DNA of 64,000 bases from the IMG/VR virus record IMGVR_UViG_3300029955_000003; one strand, 5' to 3'. Numbering within the stretch: position 1 is the first letter of the stretch; the number at the start of each line of letters is the position of its first letter. This stretch comes from an uncultured virus (IMG/VR IMGVR_UViG_3300029955_000003). Its lineage: Duplodnaviria; Heunggongvirae; Uroviricota; Caudoviricetes. Under the pieces are notes generated by a model. The model searched no databases. It worked only from the letters and a program-made list of their open reading frames with translations, and was not told the origin of the DNA. The position numbers were made by a program, and so were the translations under genes. Shown piece by piece: positions 26,744-39,100 of the stretch.

Positions 26744-28057
26744 TTAAACGCTTTCCATACCCTTCACAACAAATTTATTCGATTCATCAATAAAACCATC
26801 AATCCAGCTTAACTTTCCGCCTTTCGAGCTACCGGTATCAAGAAAAGTGACTTCGCCACCGAGCGCTCCTTTATAAGTTAAAGGAGCTTCCTTGCTACGA
26901 ATATCATGTCCAACGATAACTTTGTGATCAGGCGGAATAAGATCAACCCAATCATAGATTCTAACAGGATATCCGTCGATAAATTCACCGGTAGTTTGAC
27001 CATACATAGCGAAGCTTTCAGCTTTCGATCCCTGAAACAATCTAAAACTATTGTTTTTCCACATATCAGGATGACAAGCGCCATGCGTTAACAGGACGTT
27101 TGCAAACCTGATATAGTCAGGGCAAAGATTCTCAAACGCCAGAGCATTTGAGAACCACCGATCAGAAGCGTCTTTATCCAATGTCCATACTTGGTCAAAA
27201 GTTGCTTTAACTCCGGTAGACACTTGCTTCTTACCAAAATCACCATGTTCTTTATGATATTTGATAAGAACTGCAATCTTCTTCTCATGGTTGCCACGCA
27301 CAGACAGTGCGCGACCACGATTAACCAAATCATAAACCTTATCGAGACACTCAATGATATTATCACCGTAGTCAACAATATCTCCTAAAAAGATAAAGAA
27401 CGTTCCTTCCGGCGCGTCCAATACCTGATTAAGACCATCAATGTTACCATGAACGTCCGCGATAATACGAACGGTGTTATACTCTTTTAGCAATTCGGTG
27501 TAATCCGGGTGGTACTTTTTCATATCAATCGCCTTTACTGCATCAACACGGGTATCAATCACTCTAATACCCGCAATATTATCACCATTCAGAATGTTAA
27601 CCTCATTATTAACAAACTTTTCTTCATGCCTCACTATAAGACTGACCCCATTCTCGTTCATAACATTTTCACGCCAACCCGCCGTAGCCTCTTTTTCTAT
27701 AAGAGGACGGTTGACAACGATATAAAATATGTCGCAATTGAATTGGTTTGCCAACTCTACAAACGGCTTACGCTCTTTAAAACTTAAATTAGTTGCATCA
27801 ATCATTGCGCGCAATCCTAATTTAAGGCGCGTTTCAAGGCGTCGGCGCACCTCTATGAACACTTCCTCGTTTTTGTCCTGTCTTTTAAAATCGTAAGTGA
27901 GTTCAAGACGTAAATTGTCGGGAGAAATTATCTCAAATGGATAAAATAAATCAGCCGCCATGGTAGATTTACCAGAGCCGGATGGACCAATCATTAAAAT
28001 TAAACAATTTCCCTGTGAAATAATGATAGAATTTGACATATTACTATTGTATGTCAA
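26744..28057 (-). CDS. Polynucleotide kinase-phosphatase (Pnkp-like: P-loop kinase + calcineurin-like phosphoesterase)
   Basis: GPSGSGKST, 'IDATNL', DVHG, GDIVDYG, RGNHE, THG, VGH, 'LDTGS'. Start could be 28039. Confidence 0.85.
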   Translation of the reverse strand: MTYNSNMSNSIIISQGNCLILMIGPSGSGKSTMAADLFYPFEIISPDNLRLELTYDFKRQDKNEEVFIEVRRRLETRLKLGLRAMIDATNLSFKERKPFVELANQFNCDIFYIVVNRPLIEKEATAGWRENVMNENGVSLIVRHEEKFVNNEVNILNGDNIAGIRVIDTRVDAVKAIDMKKYHPDYTELLKEYNTVRIIADVHGNIDGLNQVLDAPEGTFFIFLGDIVDYGDNIIECLDKVYDLVNRGRALSVRGNHEKKIAVLIKYHKEHGDFGKKQVSTGVKATFDQVWTLDKDASDRWFSNALAFENLCPDYIRFANVLLTHGACHPDMWKNNSFRLFQGSKAESFAMYGQTTGEFIDGYPVRIYDWVDLIPPDHKVIVGHDIRSKEAPLTYKGALGGEVTFLDTGSSKGGKLSWIDGFIDESNKFVVKGMESV

Positions 28058-28081
28058 ATTCTATCTGATGTCAATTAAAAA

Positions 28082-28675
28082 TCACAAGGTCCACGCGAAA
28101 CTATCGATTTGGGCGGTAGTAGTGATTGTTCCTGCGGTAATTTGTGCCAATACCATGTTAAGTTCGGTGCCATAAATCAATTGCGCATAAGCCCCTACAA
28201 GTGGCGCTAACGCTACAAATTGTGCCCCAGTAACAGGAGTGCTGCTCCAATCGTTAGCAATCCAATTGTCAGTAGCAGTCGGATTGCTTTGTCCCCACGT
28301 TGATAAAGCGAGTAAGTGGGTAATAGTTCCAACAGTACTGTCTGATTTAATCGTTGCACCATCCACTGTATAAAGTCTCATTGCAGACAAAAGAGATAAA
28401 ACTTTACTACCTGCATAATCTTGAAGTTGTGATAGAGTAGCAATCGCCAATCCCGTCGAAAGCCCGTATTGGGCAAGCACTCCATCAAGCGCCGCAATGG
28501 TTTGCTCACCATTACTGTCCGTGGGCCATGGTGATACTCCCCCTCTGGCACTAAGAAATGCTTGATAATTAGCATCAGTTTCAGGTACTAACCTCATATC
28601 TGCTGACGAAAATATGCCAATTGGACCTTTCCAATACCACGCGAGGGGTGTGTAAATGTTAGTAGGTGTTCTCAT
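28082..28675 (-). CDS. Tail-fibre-associated/assembly protein
   Basis: Immediately downstream of a fibre gene; composition typical of fibre chaperones. Confidence 0.5.
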   Translation of the reverse strand: MRTPTNIYTPLAWYWKGPIGIFSSADMRLVPETDANYQAFLSARGGVSPWPTDSNGEQTIAALDGVLAQYGLSTGLAIATLSQLQDYAGSKVLSLLSAMRLYTVDGATIKSDSTVGTITHLLALSTWGQSNPTATDNWIANDWSSTPVTGAQFVALAPLVGAYAQLIYGTELNMVLAQITAGTITTTAQIDSFAWTL

Positions 28676-28711
28676 TTATCGTCCTTTTTATTTCTATTTA
28701 AATCCATATTT

Positions 28712-29947
28712 TTAAACATATTGACCGCCAGTGGACCATGGTCCTACCGGGGTAACACTTCCCGGCAAATAGCCCGTCGATTGTCCATTAGTACCCACAA
28801 CCCCATTCGACGAAACAAAAAATTTTGGTCCTGTAGCTGCACCATAGAATGAGACCATCCCCGGTTGAAAAGCAATAAAACCATTTGATTGCGCTTGAGC
28901 AAATGCCGTTGTAAAAGAAGGTGATGAAAGTACAAAGTTAACAGGACTCGCGACGGAAACATCATTCCATCCAACTTGGACAAATCCTGCTTCAGAAGCA
29001 AGAATCCCGCACAAAAAACTTCCTGACATGGTAAGTGTTGAAAGGACAGTTCCGCCATCAACGCCCTGCAAACACAATTGCCCGTTAGCATACGCTACAA
29101 AAGCTGCCGATTGAAGGGGTTGTGTTCCGATAGCATTACAATTTGATACTATCACTAATGATCCAGTGTTGGCAACGTAAGCTTCATAGTAGACTTTTAC
29201 CTGAAATCCATCAATCAACACGAAACCATGTGTTGATGAAAATCCCCGCGCGCCGACGGCAGATGCATCAATATAACAATAGGACGGATTTGTGGGATTA
29301 CCGGTGATTTTCCACTCAGCGATTTGGGAGGGACCAATTTCACAAGCCATCTCCTCTGGCGCACATGTATATGTACCATTGGCACATTGGATAGTTATTA
29401 AACCAGAATAGACATAACGGCTCGAAACAGTATTAATTGCATGTTGTAAGCTTCTCCAAGGGGTGCTAGATGTCAGTCCGTCCCCAGTAAGATCACTACC
29501 AGCATTAAAGTCCACGTAATATGTCGTCTGCGGCGGGAAAACAAGAGTAATAGTTTGAAGATAAGGACCCCCCGCTACAGTCGGGGGGTTAGAAAAGTTA
29601 ACAATTCCGGTTGCTCTATTAATAGTTAATGGGTTATCAATAAAAACACCAGCATCATTGTATCGCGATAAAATGAAATTAGACCCGGTATTTGAACCGG
29701 TTTCTGCATCGGAATTAGCACAAACACTCCATCTAGCAAGATTAGCAGAATACACTATCGTTGACATTACTGTTCCTCTAACAGTGCCAGCAGCGCCCGT
29801 AATATTATTGCTTGAAAAGGTTCCTGAATTTGGAACAGTGCTACCAATAACGGTATTATCAATATAAGAATTTGGACCAACTATTTTAATATCGGTGATG
29901 GTTGGGTTGGTTAAGTTTAAAACAGAGCCAGATGCGCGAGTCGTCAT
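28712..29947 (-). CDS. Tail fibre / receptor-binding protein
   Basis: 'ETGSNTGSNFILSRYND.G..ID.PL.INRATG' fibre motif; C-terminus paralogous to 2907-4226. Confidence 0.7.
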   Translation of the reverse strand: MTTRASGSVLNLTNPTITDIKIVGPNSYIDNTVIGSTVPNSGTFSSNNITGAAGTVRGTVMSTIVYSANLARWSVCANSDAETGSNTGSNFILSRYNDAGVFIDNPLTINRATGIVNFSNPPTVAGGPYLQTITLVFPPQTTYYVDFNAGSDLTGDGLTSSTPWRSLQHAINTVSSRYVYSGLITIQCANGTYTCAPEEMACEIGPSQIAEWKITGNPTNPSYCYIDASAVGARGFSSTHGFVLIDGFQVKVYYEAYVANTGSLVIVSNCNAIGTQPLQSAAFVAYANGQLCLQGVDGGTVLSTLTMSGSFLCGILASEAGFVQVGWNDVSVASPVNFVLSSPSFTTAFAQAQSNGFIAFQPGMVSFYGAATGPKFFVSSNGVVGTNGQSTGYLPGSVTPVGPWSTGGQYV

Positions 29948-29973
29948 ATTAATTTCCTTATATCTATTTATTA

Positions 29974-31539
29974 TTAATTACCATCGCCAATTTTAAACCA
30001 ATTGTATCCGTCAGTTATTAATTTAACATATCCATAATTTTGGGTGATACTATAAGAACTAAGCCCATCGAGATGTACATTAGCACCAAAATTAATTACT
30101 ATATTATTAGTGCCAGCGCCGCCGCTTTCATCCTTGATTGTTAGGGTTCGTCCAGAAGAAACTGGCGAACCAGTAATAATACTTGATAAATCAATAATAA
30201 CCTGAGATGTTGTATTAGCTACTCCGACATAATCGGTATTTGAACTCGGTGTATAATAATTTACATTTATCCCAACCCGGTTAAGATACCCACTGTTTAG
30301 TTCGGCATTTATTTGAATACTAGTACCACTATCTATTAATGACACATTAGTTCCTTGAACTAATGATTTAACCAATAGTGAGGCTCCAGTTTTACCGGCA
30401 TTGAGCGAAATACCACTTCCGGTGCTTTGCAAGATATTAATCTCACCAACATTTCCACCCGGAACAACCGACTTAAAATATTTCGCAATAAATTTATTAC
30501 CATTACTTAATGCGCTAGTAAACACAATAGCATCAGATTGAGTAGGCGGATAAAAATATAATGCCGGTGAAGGGGTGGCGCTTGTCACCATTGTTGATAA
30601 TATAAAATCAAAAGTTACTGAAGAAGACACATTAGTAATCGTAACAACATTATTATTAAACGGGGTAATGCCCCCCACAATCATTGTTTGATTTCCATTA
30701 ATCAGTCCATGAGGAACAGAAGTCGTTGCTCTAAAAATAATAGATGTTCCACTTGTTCCAATTTGTAAAATGGATATAATCGAAGTGTTTTGTGATACAA
30801 TTGAATAATCTGTAGATAATGTTTTTAATGACCCGTTAACGAATACCAATACCGAGGCAGGATCAACGCCAACCGCACTCAAAGGAAAAGTGGTATTTGG
30901 GGTGGTTGGATAATTAACAACAACACTAGTTGAATAAACTTGAGAATTTTGTACTAATGGGGCAGTTTGCATAACCCTAATCAATACAGTAACACCCACA
31001 GGAACCGTGGATGTAGTAATTAATGTATTTCCAGTGATGTTATAATCAGAAGATGGAGTTTGTCTGATACCATCTAAAAATAATTCTACATAGTCATTAC
31101 TAATGGGCTGTGTTTGACCAAGTGCAAATACTGTGCCGCCAGAAGTATAAACTTGTGTTTTAATAGCCGCTGCAAGCGCCCCGCCAATCGCCAACCATAT
31201 AACACCATTCCATAAAAATACCACCTGTGTATCAGTATCAAAATATAATTGTCCTGCACTAGGAGTTGGTGTAGTTGGTGGAGAACCATTAACTGCCCCA
31301 ATAATAACACTCGTGCCATTTAAAACTAACCAATTATTTATATTCTTATTAAAGACATACAGCGCTGATGCTGACGGAACATAAATTGTCCTACCGCTAA
31401 AATTTGCAGCATCTGTTGTGCTAGGTAATACGTTTAATACTTCTACTACTGCTGCCAAAGGCAATCCGGTTACAGGGTCAATATTAACTCCATATTGTCC
31501 GGTTGACGTATTTAATCCTTGAGGTATGAACGATCCCAT
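29974..31539 (-). CDS. Virion structural protein (fibre/baseplate-attached)
   Basis: 'LFLDGIRQTP..DYNI' repeats shared with the baseplate proteins; 'IKDESGGAGTNNIVI' C-terminal module. Confidence 0.6.
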   Translation of the reverse strand: MGSFIPQGLNTSTGQYGVNIDPVTGLPLAAVVEVLNVLPSTTDAANFSGRTIYVPSASALYVFNKNINNWLVLNGTSVIIGAVNGSPPTTPTPSAGQLYFDTDTQVVFLWNGVIWLAIGGALAAAIKTQVYTSGGTVFALGQTQPISNDYVELFLDGIRQTPSSDYNITGNTLITTSTVPVGVTVLIRVMQTAPLVQNSQVYSTSVVVNYPTTPNTTFPLSAVGVDPASVLVFVNGSLKTLSTDYSIVSQNTSIISILQIGTSGTSIIFRATTSVPHGLINGNQTMIVGGITPFNNNVVTITNVSSSVTFDFILSTMVTSATPSPALYFYPPTQSDAIVFTSALSNGNKFIAKYFKSVVPGGNVGEINILQSTGSGISLNAGKTGASLLVKSLVQGTNVSLIDSGTSIQINAELNSGYLNRVGINVNYYTPSSNTDYVGVANTTSQVIIDLSSIITGSPVSSGRTLTIKDESGGAGTNNIVINFGANVHLDGLSSYSITQNYGYVKLITDGYNWFKIGDGN

Positions 31540-31601
31540 TATTTATTTCCTACTAAATATATTTATAAAATTGCATACTTTATAAGGAAGGAGAATTTTA
31601 T

Positions 31602-31796
31602 ATGACTTGGATATTAATAATTATTGCAACATCAACGTTGCCATTGCAATTTCCAACGGAAAATCCATACGCGATGCCACCTCATACTGTTACGTTTGAA
31701 TCTATCAGCGGTTTCCAAAGTAGAGAAACTTGTGAATACACGGGTAAATTTTTCAGAGAACAAATGCGCAGAAAGACAAAGTGCGTTCATACCTGA
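31602..31796 (+). CDS. Small hypothetical protein
   Basis: Strong AAGGAG SD; followed by a hairpin. Confidence 0.55.
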   Translation: MTWILIIIATSTLPLQFPTENPYAMPPHTVTFESISGFQSRETCEYTGKFFREQMRRKTKCVHT

Positions 31797-31815
31797 GTGG
31801 GTATGAACGCACTTT
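31778..31815. terminator. Bidirectional terminator
   Basis: 16-bp inverted repeat aaagtgcgttcatacc/ggtatgaacgcacttt between convergent genes. Confidence 0.75.
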
Positions 31816-32465
31816 TAGTTTATAAGACCGAAAATTAACACCTGCATATTTAAAGTATTATTTGCAGGGGTTGTTATATTTAATTTCAATTGATCCCCAG
31901 CAGTGTATAAAAATCTAGTGGTTCCTTCTATCGGAAATATCGTGTGGGAATTAACATTAGGATTGATGATACTTACATTTTCCATAACATCGTCCAAATC
32001 ATGTACATTCAAATTAAATGTGGGTGGGAGAGTGTTTGTCGGTGTTGTGGTTGGTATCAACATAATACTAACAGGATGATATTTTTTACCATCATTAGGA
32101 TAGGTAAATATAACTGTTGATCCAGTTTGAGTAAAATCAATATTTATCGCAGCAACATCCATATTAAAACCAGCGGAAATGCTATTACTCGCGGTAACAA
32201 CTTGTTGCCAAGTTACCGAGTCGTTAAAATACATTTCTTTCGTAGTGGTTGAAAAATTCCACATTCCCGGAACCGGATTAGTAGGAGGTGTCGCACTTGC
32301 AAAATTTTCCATAAGCTGATAATCATTTTGTAATAATACAGGTGACCACGGCGACCAGCCATATCCGTACATCGTTATCGGGAAAGTTGCGCCGGTATTT
32401 GTAGCTGGTGTGATTGTAGCGACGGTTTGTCCTGCGGTGTTATCAATAATATATGGGAAACTCAT
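31815..32465 (-). CDS. Structural protein
   Basis: 'QLMENFASATPPTNPVPG' motif of jumbo-phage structural proteins; operon context. Confidence 0.55.
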   Translation of the reverse strand: MSFPYIIDNTAGQTVATITPATNTGATFPITMYGYGWSPWSPVLLQNDYQLMENFASATPPTNPVPGMWNFSTTTKEMYFNDSVTWQQVVTASNSISAGFNMDVAAINIDFTQTGSTVIFTYPNDGKKYHPVSIMLIPTTTPTNTLPPTFNLNVHDLDDVMENVSIINPNVNSHTIFPIEGTTRFLYTAGDQLKLNITTPANNTLNMQVLIFGLIN

Positions 32466-32475
32466 TTTATATCCT

Positions 32476-33075
32476 TTAATTCACATTACAACGAATGGTG
32501 TAAACAACTTCAAAAATTCTGTTACTCGATTTGAGTATGGGATTGAATGTTATATGAGTCAATAACAACCCATCTGCACTTTTAAGACCAATTTCATTAA
32601 AAGTAAATTGGGTTGATGTTGACGTTGGTCCAGTACTATCTGTCGCTATTTGACCATAAGGCTCGTTTTTTCCAAGAACACAGTGTATTTCCACATCCGA
32701 GAATGACACTCCATTTATGTGTCGGATAATGATAATGTTGTTATTAGTCAATGCACTATTATCATTAACCACTTTAAAATAAACCTGATTATTTAAAGAA
32801 GCATTACCCAATGTATTAGGAGTAGCATATTGAATATTTCCAGCGTTATCTATAGTGGCACCTCCTGTACCAAAAGCCATACTATAAATGCTTCCATTAT
32901 TTTGATTAGACAAGCCTCGCGCAATAACTATTGAAAGATTTTCGGGATTAACACTATTGCGTTTGTCAAGAAGAATCCGGCACGGGTTATCTAATTCACG
33001 GTCTTCCATTGTTAAGAATTCTTTAATCTTAACATGACCTTCCATATAGATTCCGGTATTATCCATAAATTTCAT
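32476..33075 (-). CDS. Structural (tail/baseplate) protein
   Basis: 'FTFNEIGL...LLLTHITFNPILKSSNRIFEVVYTI' motif. Confidence 0.6.
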   Translation of the reverse strand: MKFMDNTGIYMEGHVKIKEFLTMEDRELDNPCRILLDKRNSVNPENLSIVIARGLSNQNNGSIYSMAFGTGGATIDNAGNIQYATPNTLGNASLNNQVYFKVVNDNSALTNNNIIIIRHINGVSFSDVEIHCVLGKNEPYGQIATDSTGPTSTSTQFTFNEIGLKSADGLLLTHITFNPILKSSNRIFEVVYTIRCNVN

Positions 33076-33103
33076 TTAAATATTTCCTATTCTATATTTA
33101 CTA

Positions 33104-36100
33104 TCAGAAAACAGAGGTACCGTTATAAATTTGACATGCAGATGGTGTATCTATTGATCCTTGTGGATTTTGTCCATATGCATAAGTTGCCGATACAATA
33201 CCGCGCCCGAAATTATTATACTCTACTGCTTGTCCAACCGATGTTAAGTCACTTTGTATTACCTGACCTCCAGAACTGATATAAAAATTACCAGAGTTTA
33301 TAACATATACAGATGTCCAATCTGATAATCCTTGCGTTTCATCCCATACAGTACCATTCCACATTACAATAGAGCCAGTGTCTGTTAATAATATATTATA
33401 TGTGTTAACTGGTAAATTGGTATATGTAATATTGTTTATGGTAGCAGATGTGAGTTCATCATTTACAATCATAACATTAGTAAATGATATCAATTGTTGA
33501 TTACCGGGTCTGCTATTTTTATAGTCTAATATAATGAATTGATTCAATGGAATGGTTGGTGTTGTTAGTGTTAGGCATCCTTCATTGTAGTTTATCATTG
33601 AAGGAGAAGATACATAAACCCATCCCCCAATATCTCCAACATTCCATCCATTATATACAAATGTTAAACTTTCAAGTGGATTCACTCCATTTGTTAAAAC
33701 AACCCTGTTATATGGTGAAGAAAATTCTATATTATAATCTACCCCGAGTACTAATTGTTGACCCTGATAAATTACCTCAACGAGGGTGAAATCAACAAAG
33801 TCCTCAAAGACGATGCCATCTATCGACAATATCACTGTAGAAGTCGGATATGCATACGTTCCGGCAGGGTAAACGGTATTAGGAGTAGTGGACATAAAAT
33901 AATCTTTAACCCCATTATCAGTTAGACCAACATCGGCTCCGTACAAATCCGCTGGCATCCCGTCAGCGCCAGCAAAGGCATTCGTGTAATTTGTTTTTAG
34001 CGATATAAATGCATTATCTGTTATTGCCGATTCAACCCGTTCTTCAGAGGGACCGTCCTGACAGGGATAACCAAATCCATTTTGCATATAAGTGTATGTA
34101 CGGTGTTCTAAATCTTTACCATAATAGTTTATAAAAACGTTATCTGGATCATGTTCAAAATCAGCAGGAAGATCAGGATAAAATGATCTACCTATTGATA
34201 GGACAAAACTAAAATCACTAGAAAGAGCAGATGAGAATGTTATGACTAAAGCATTATCAAAAGCCTTTTTACTCATCGAAAGACCAAATGCGTCTAATTG
34301 AGTAAGCACCCCTTTATAGTACAGATCAATTTTAGATTTGTACAAAAATGGGGGATATTTTGTAACCACTGTGTAAATAGCCGTGGCATCACAAACTATT
34401 GTTTGATCATAATAATACTCATCAATACCAAAATTATTGAAATATGGATGTGTGTAATCAGATGGTCTAACATCGGCTGGGAATCCGTCTGCCCCACCCT
34501 CTTCAGCAACATCACAATTAAGTCTATTGACTAACTCATTAATTTTAATAATAGGTTCTTCAGTAATTATAACCTCCGCGTTGTCTAATACGCTCTCAAT
34601 AACATTCAAATTTCTCAGTTTAGTATGAAACGGTTTCACGTCTGAAAAATTATCTACCACAGCTTGTATATAATCTGGCTGAACATACGGTGCTGTTGAA
34701 ATTTCAGTAGCAATCCGCATATCAACGTAAGAAGATTTTTCAACCCAATCACACTTCGGATTTTGGTATAACATCTCATACAAACAGTTAGATATCAGTT
34801 CATTTCGTTGTAGAATAGAAAAATAACCAAAAATAGTCAGTATCAACTCGCGTGTTTTAACTGGGTCATTAAGTAATACCGGTTGTAATTGAACAGCACA
34901 CTTCTCATATACAATTGGAGTCCATATTTTATTTTCTAATATGAACCATATTGGTGTTTGAGTGTTTGTCCATGGAGAAGTTATTCCAGACTGAACTACT
35001 TTTACAATATCCCCATTTATGAAATACTTAAGTGAAGTCCGTCTGTTCAACTCGCCAATAGATATGACTGTATCCACAAGCACTGGGTTGGTATATAACG
35101 GGTTAATATAATTTGAATACGTCCAATAATTATCAGGCAGTCTAGCTACAATTTCCTTTAATAAAATATTATCATTAATATAATAAGTTGTTAAAATACT
35201 ATTTATAGTATTCAAAAATATATTTCTCGCTGAATTGACATTAGAAAATAAGCTCTGCGCGGGGAATGTTGACATTCCATAGCGTTCAAATCTACCTAGT
35301 TTAGCACATGGGACCGGATTTCCCGAAACATCACTACCTAAAATACTATCAACAATCTTATTGAGAATCTGTATAGGTGGTGTTATACTACTACTGGTTT
35401 CAGAAGAAACCAGCCACTCATCGTGAGAATCCCATTTTCTACTATCCACTGTAACTTGAATTGAATATCCATTTTCAAATTTTAGTCCACCTAAATGTAA
35501 TAACAAAGAATTTTCATTAATTGGTGCGAACCATGATAAACCAGCCCCCGTAGGGTCTTGTAATCTAGCGGCAATATTTTGTGCGGTAAACTCCTTATTG
35601 GTGCTAAGAGCGCCTAACGATTTAACCCAATAATAGTAATATACAGTAGAATTACCAGCCTGTCCATTTACTACACTAGTAACATAAGAAGCGTTTTCTA
35701 ACCCATATGGTAATGCTGTTAAGGTTCCTTGTTGTACACCCTGTGCAATGTATTGCGCCGGGGTTAACGATGATCTAACCCATTGGTATACATCAACAGA
35801 ACCAACCGTCATGGTACCCGTGTTCGCCACTAGCGAAACACCAGCATTCGTTACAGTCTGTAAGGTTGTAGTATCTACTACGGTTACCGCATATATACCA
35901 TTTAGAGAAACAGGGTTCATATCAGAGATAGTAACTGTAAACCCATCATAAACAAACCCGTGTGCTGCCGGTAATCCGGTATATGCATCTAACGTTTGTA
36001 AGGTGAGTACGTCGCCATTAAGGGACGCTACGACCTTAAAATATTTCAGCCTACCCCATTCCTTCGCAACCGATCTGTAATCTGGTAACAACGTGGTATA

Positions 36101-39100
36101 ATCAGCAAATCCTAAATTAGTAACATCCCACCAAATTTTACCGATTTGGGTTTCCCCCCAATTATCATTAGGAGAATAAGTAGCACCATACCCATCGGTG
36201 TACCGAGCGGGATCGCTAGGACCCCAATAGTCTATTTGTGTCAATGTTTCTGGATCAAATTTACCAATTTGTGGATCATAATGAAATAACTCTGCTATTA
36301 TTTCATCCGCACTTCTATCAATTATTTTAATATTATAATTAACACCTTTTGTTTGTGGAACGCAATTTTTATTAGTTGGAAATTCCACGTTGGATAGCCC
36401 GTCCGTTGATGTGGTGGGGGGATACACCCACCGAGTAGTCGAAGGACTATTTCTATTAAATGAATTAATTGTTAATATTCTATTATCAGAAGACGCCGTA
36501 TCAATAAATCTAATAACTTGAACATCATCCATTATTTCAGTAGGTTTTACCACGAATTCAGAAATAGCTTTCCTTGTGTCACCGAAGTCACCAATTTTCC
36601 ATAACCAATTTTCCGATATTTCCACATTACTCGTCCCCATAGGAGTGCCTTTAGCGAATGCTAAAATAGGACGTGTTGTTCCTTTAGCCTTAATCATACC
36701 AACAAAGTAATCAAATCTCGATCTGTCTTCGGCTCCGATTGGGTCCATATAAACATCATTTGGTACCCATCCCACTAAGGCGCGGGCGGAATCCCGCTTC
36801 ACTGGGTCATCCACAGTATCGATACGGTCATAATATCTGTTTATGTCGGTGACTTGTTTTTCAAAATTAGGAATTAAACTATTTTGTTGAATTACAAAGC
36901 CATTCGCTTCAAATTTACCTGTCCAATTTTTAGTTCTGTATGCATTCACTTTCAATGCGCTTACTTCAAGTGAGAGTAACGGATCATAGATCAAATCACC
37001 GAATTTAGTAATATTGGAAAAGAACACTGCATGTTGTGTTTCAACTACATATAATCTTATTCCATAGATATCTTCATTATCAGGCGTTGAATTTATAGTA
37101 ATAGTATCGTTAATTCTTTTAATATCTATTTTATTACTATTGACTGGTAATGCATTGCTGTTTAGTATACCATATGCACCATTCTGGAAAGACTGAATAT
37201 TCGTCACGGTTCCGAACGAAGCGGAGAATTTTGCCTTCTTCGCGATTGGACTAAAGAAAAATTCGGTCGTCGGGATGTCGCCTTGAACCAAAGCAATATC
37301 ACTACTCAACACCCACGTCGCAAATTGTTTCGCTCCATTGATCCAATCCAATGGGCTACCAGCATTCATATCTTCAAAAACCCATCCTTGTTTTTGTAGG
37401 TATCTTCCGTAGCCAATCATGAAATTAATCACTTGAGGGGCTGTATCGAAATAATGTCCATACTCGTAATTTACGTAATTTCCTGTCCCTTCAGATGCAT
37501 ATGTGAAAGTTACCCCTTTGACTTTAAATGTTTTTAATCGGGTAGAAGGATTTGACATCGTAGTCAATACCACCACTACCAACACGTCACCAGCGTTTAT
37601 CTTCATATTAGGATTTAATGTTAACGTTGTCGAACTATTAACAGTATAATATATTGGTTGTAAATTAACGCCATTTAGAATGACAGCCAACGACGCCGTT
37701 TCACCAAATAAGTTTGGTAATGGTAACGATAATTGTGTCATTGTAAACACATTTTGATTAACCGTGGCTGTAAACTCCTGTCTGACCTCGGTCAAGCCTC
37801 CGACCAATGGAACATTAGGTTCGTCTATGGTAAAAAATGGATTGAAAAGGTCATACCCATAGACACGGTAACCGGTACCGTCCCTCACTATAACCATACC
37901 AGAGGAAAAATAAGCCTCAATTGGAGGCGTTGTATGAATAATAGTATTCATGTCTTCAAATGGTATACGAGTACCAGAAAGTTTTTGAACAACCGTTCTA
38001 TTGTTATTAAGAAATCCTGACGCCCTCCATCCGAGTTGGACAAGCGAGTTATTAACAATATTTCCTATAACGGTATTAGTGTTTTGTCCCGTTCTTTTTA
38101 CATATTCCGCCAACCACATCTGGACGCCGGGAGTTGTTATAACACTTCCATTAGAATCCAATCCTAAGGAAATAGGAATATCAGCAATTGGCACCCTAGT
38201 TAATGTCTCGTTATAGACCACATATGGTCCATTCCATACTTGATTTTGTCCAACATCTATATATAGATGTGCCCAATTAACATCTAACCACACACCGGGT
38301 TTCATAAGATAACCAGCAAGAGATACAGAAAATGGATAAGCAACAGAGGAAATAAATGACTGTTCGGTAGGGGAACCGTCTCCGAATACCCAATTTTCTG
38401 AAATCCTCTCCATATCCAAAGATTCAATAGAAACAATTCCCGCAGTAATAGGGTCTACCAATTCACCATTAATATCAATAGGAAATGGTGCCGTGATACC
38501 CAATGCGATATTTGTTAAATTTTGTGGTCGATTATAAACACCATTTCTTAAATCATCCCACATAGGATGAGTGTTTGAATATCTTGGCGTCCCATCACTT
38601 TTTACCGTGGTTGGTGGATAAGTGACTGTCCACCAACCGGGTTGAATGGTATATCCGAATACTTCCCAAGGATGAGAATTTATTCTTGGGGTTCTAAAAA
38701 TTCTAGAATAAATTCCTGCATAATATCCTTCTAATCCAGAAGTGCGGTAATTCCATGTAAATCTATTATTCTGGTCAAAATTATTATTTTCAACAAAATT
38801 TAAATTTTGTGAGATGGACCATCTTTCAAAGTCGCGCCTGATTATAGACAAATATTCATTATAAGAATAATCAAACGTATTGTTGAAATTCCAATAATTG
38901 ATTTTGTTTGTTATAAACCCATTAAAAATGTAGTACGAGTTGTCGCTTTTATTCAAAAATACATCATCAACTGATGCCGCTGTAGAATACCACGAATTTC
39001 CTGACCAATCAGCATAAACACATCCATTATTAGAAAATACTCGTGTGCCAGCTTGCATCCCAGTGAGAGTTAAATAATTATCTACTATTTTATCGACAGC

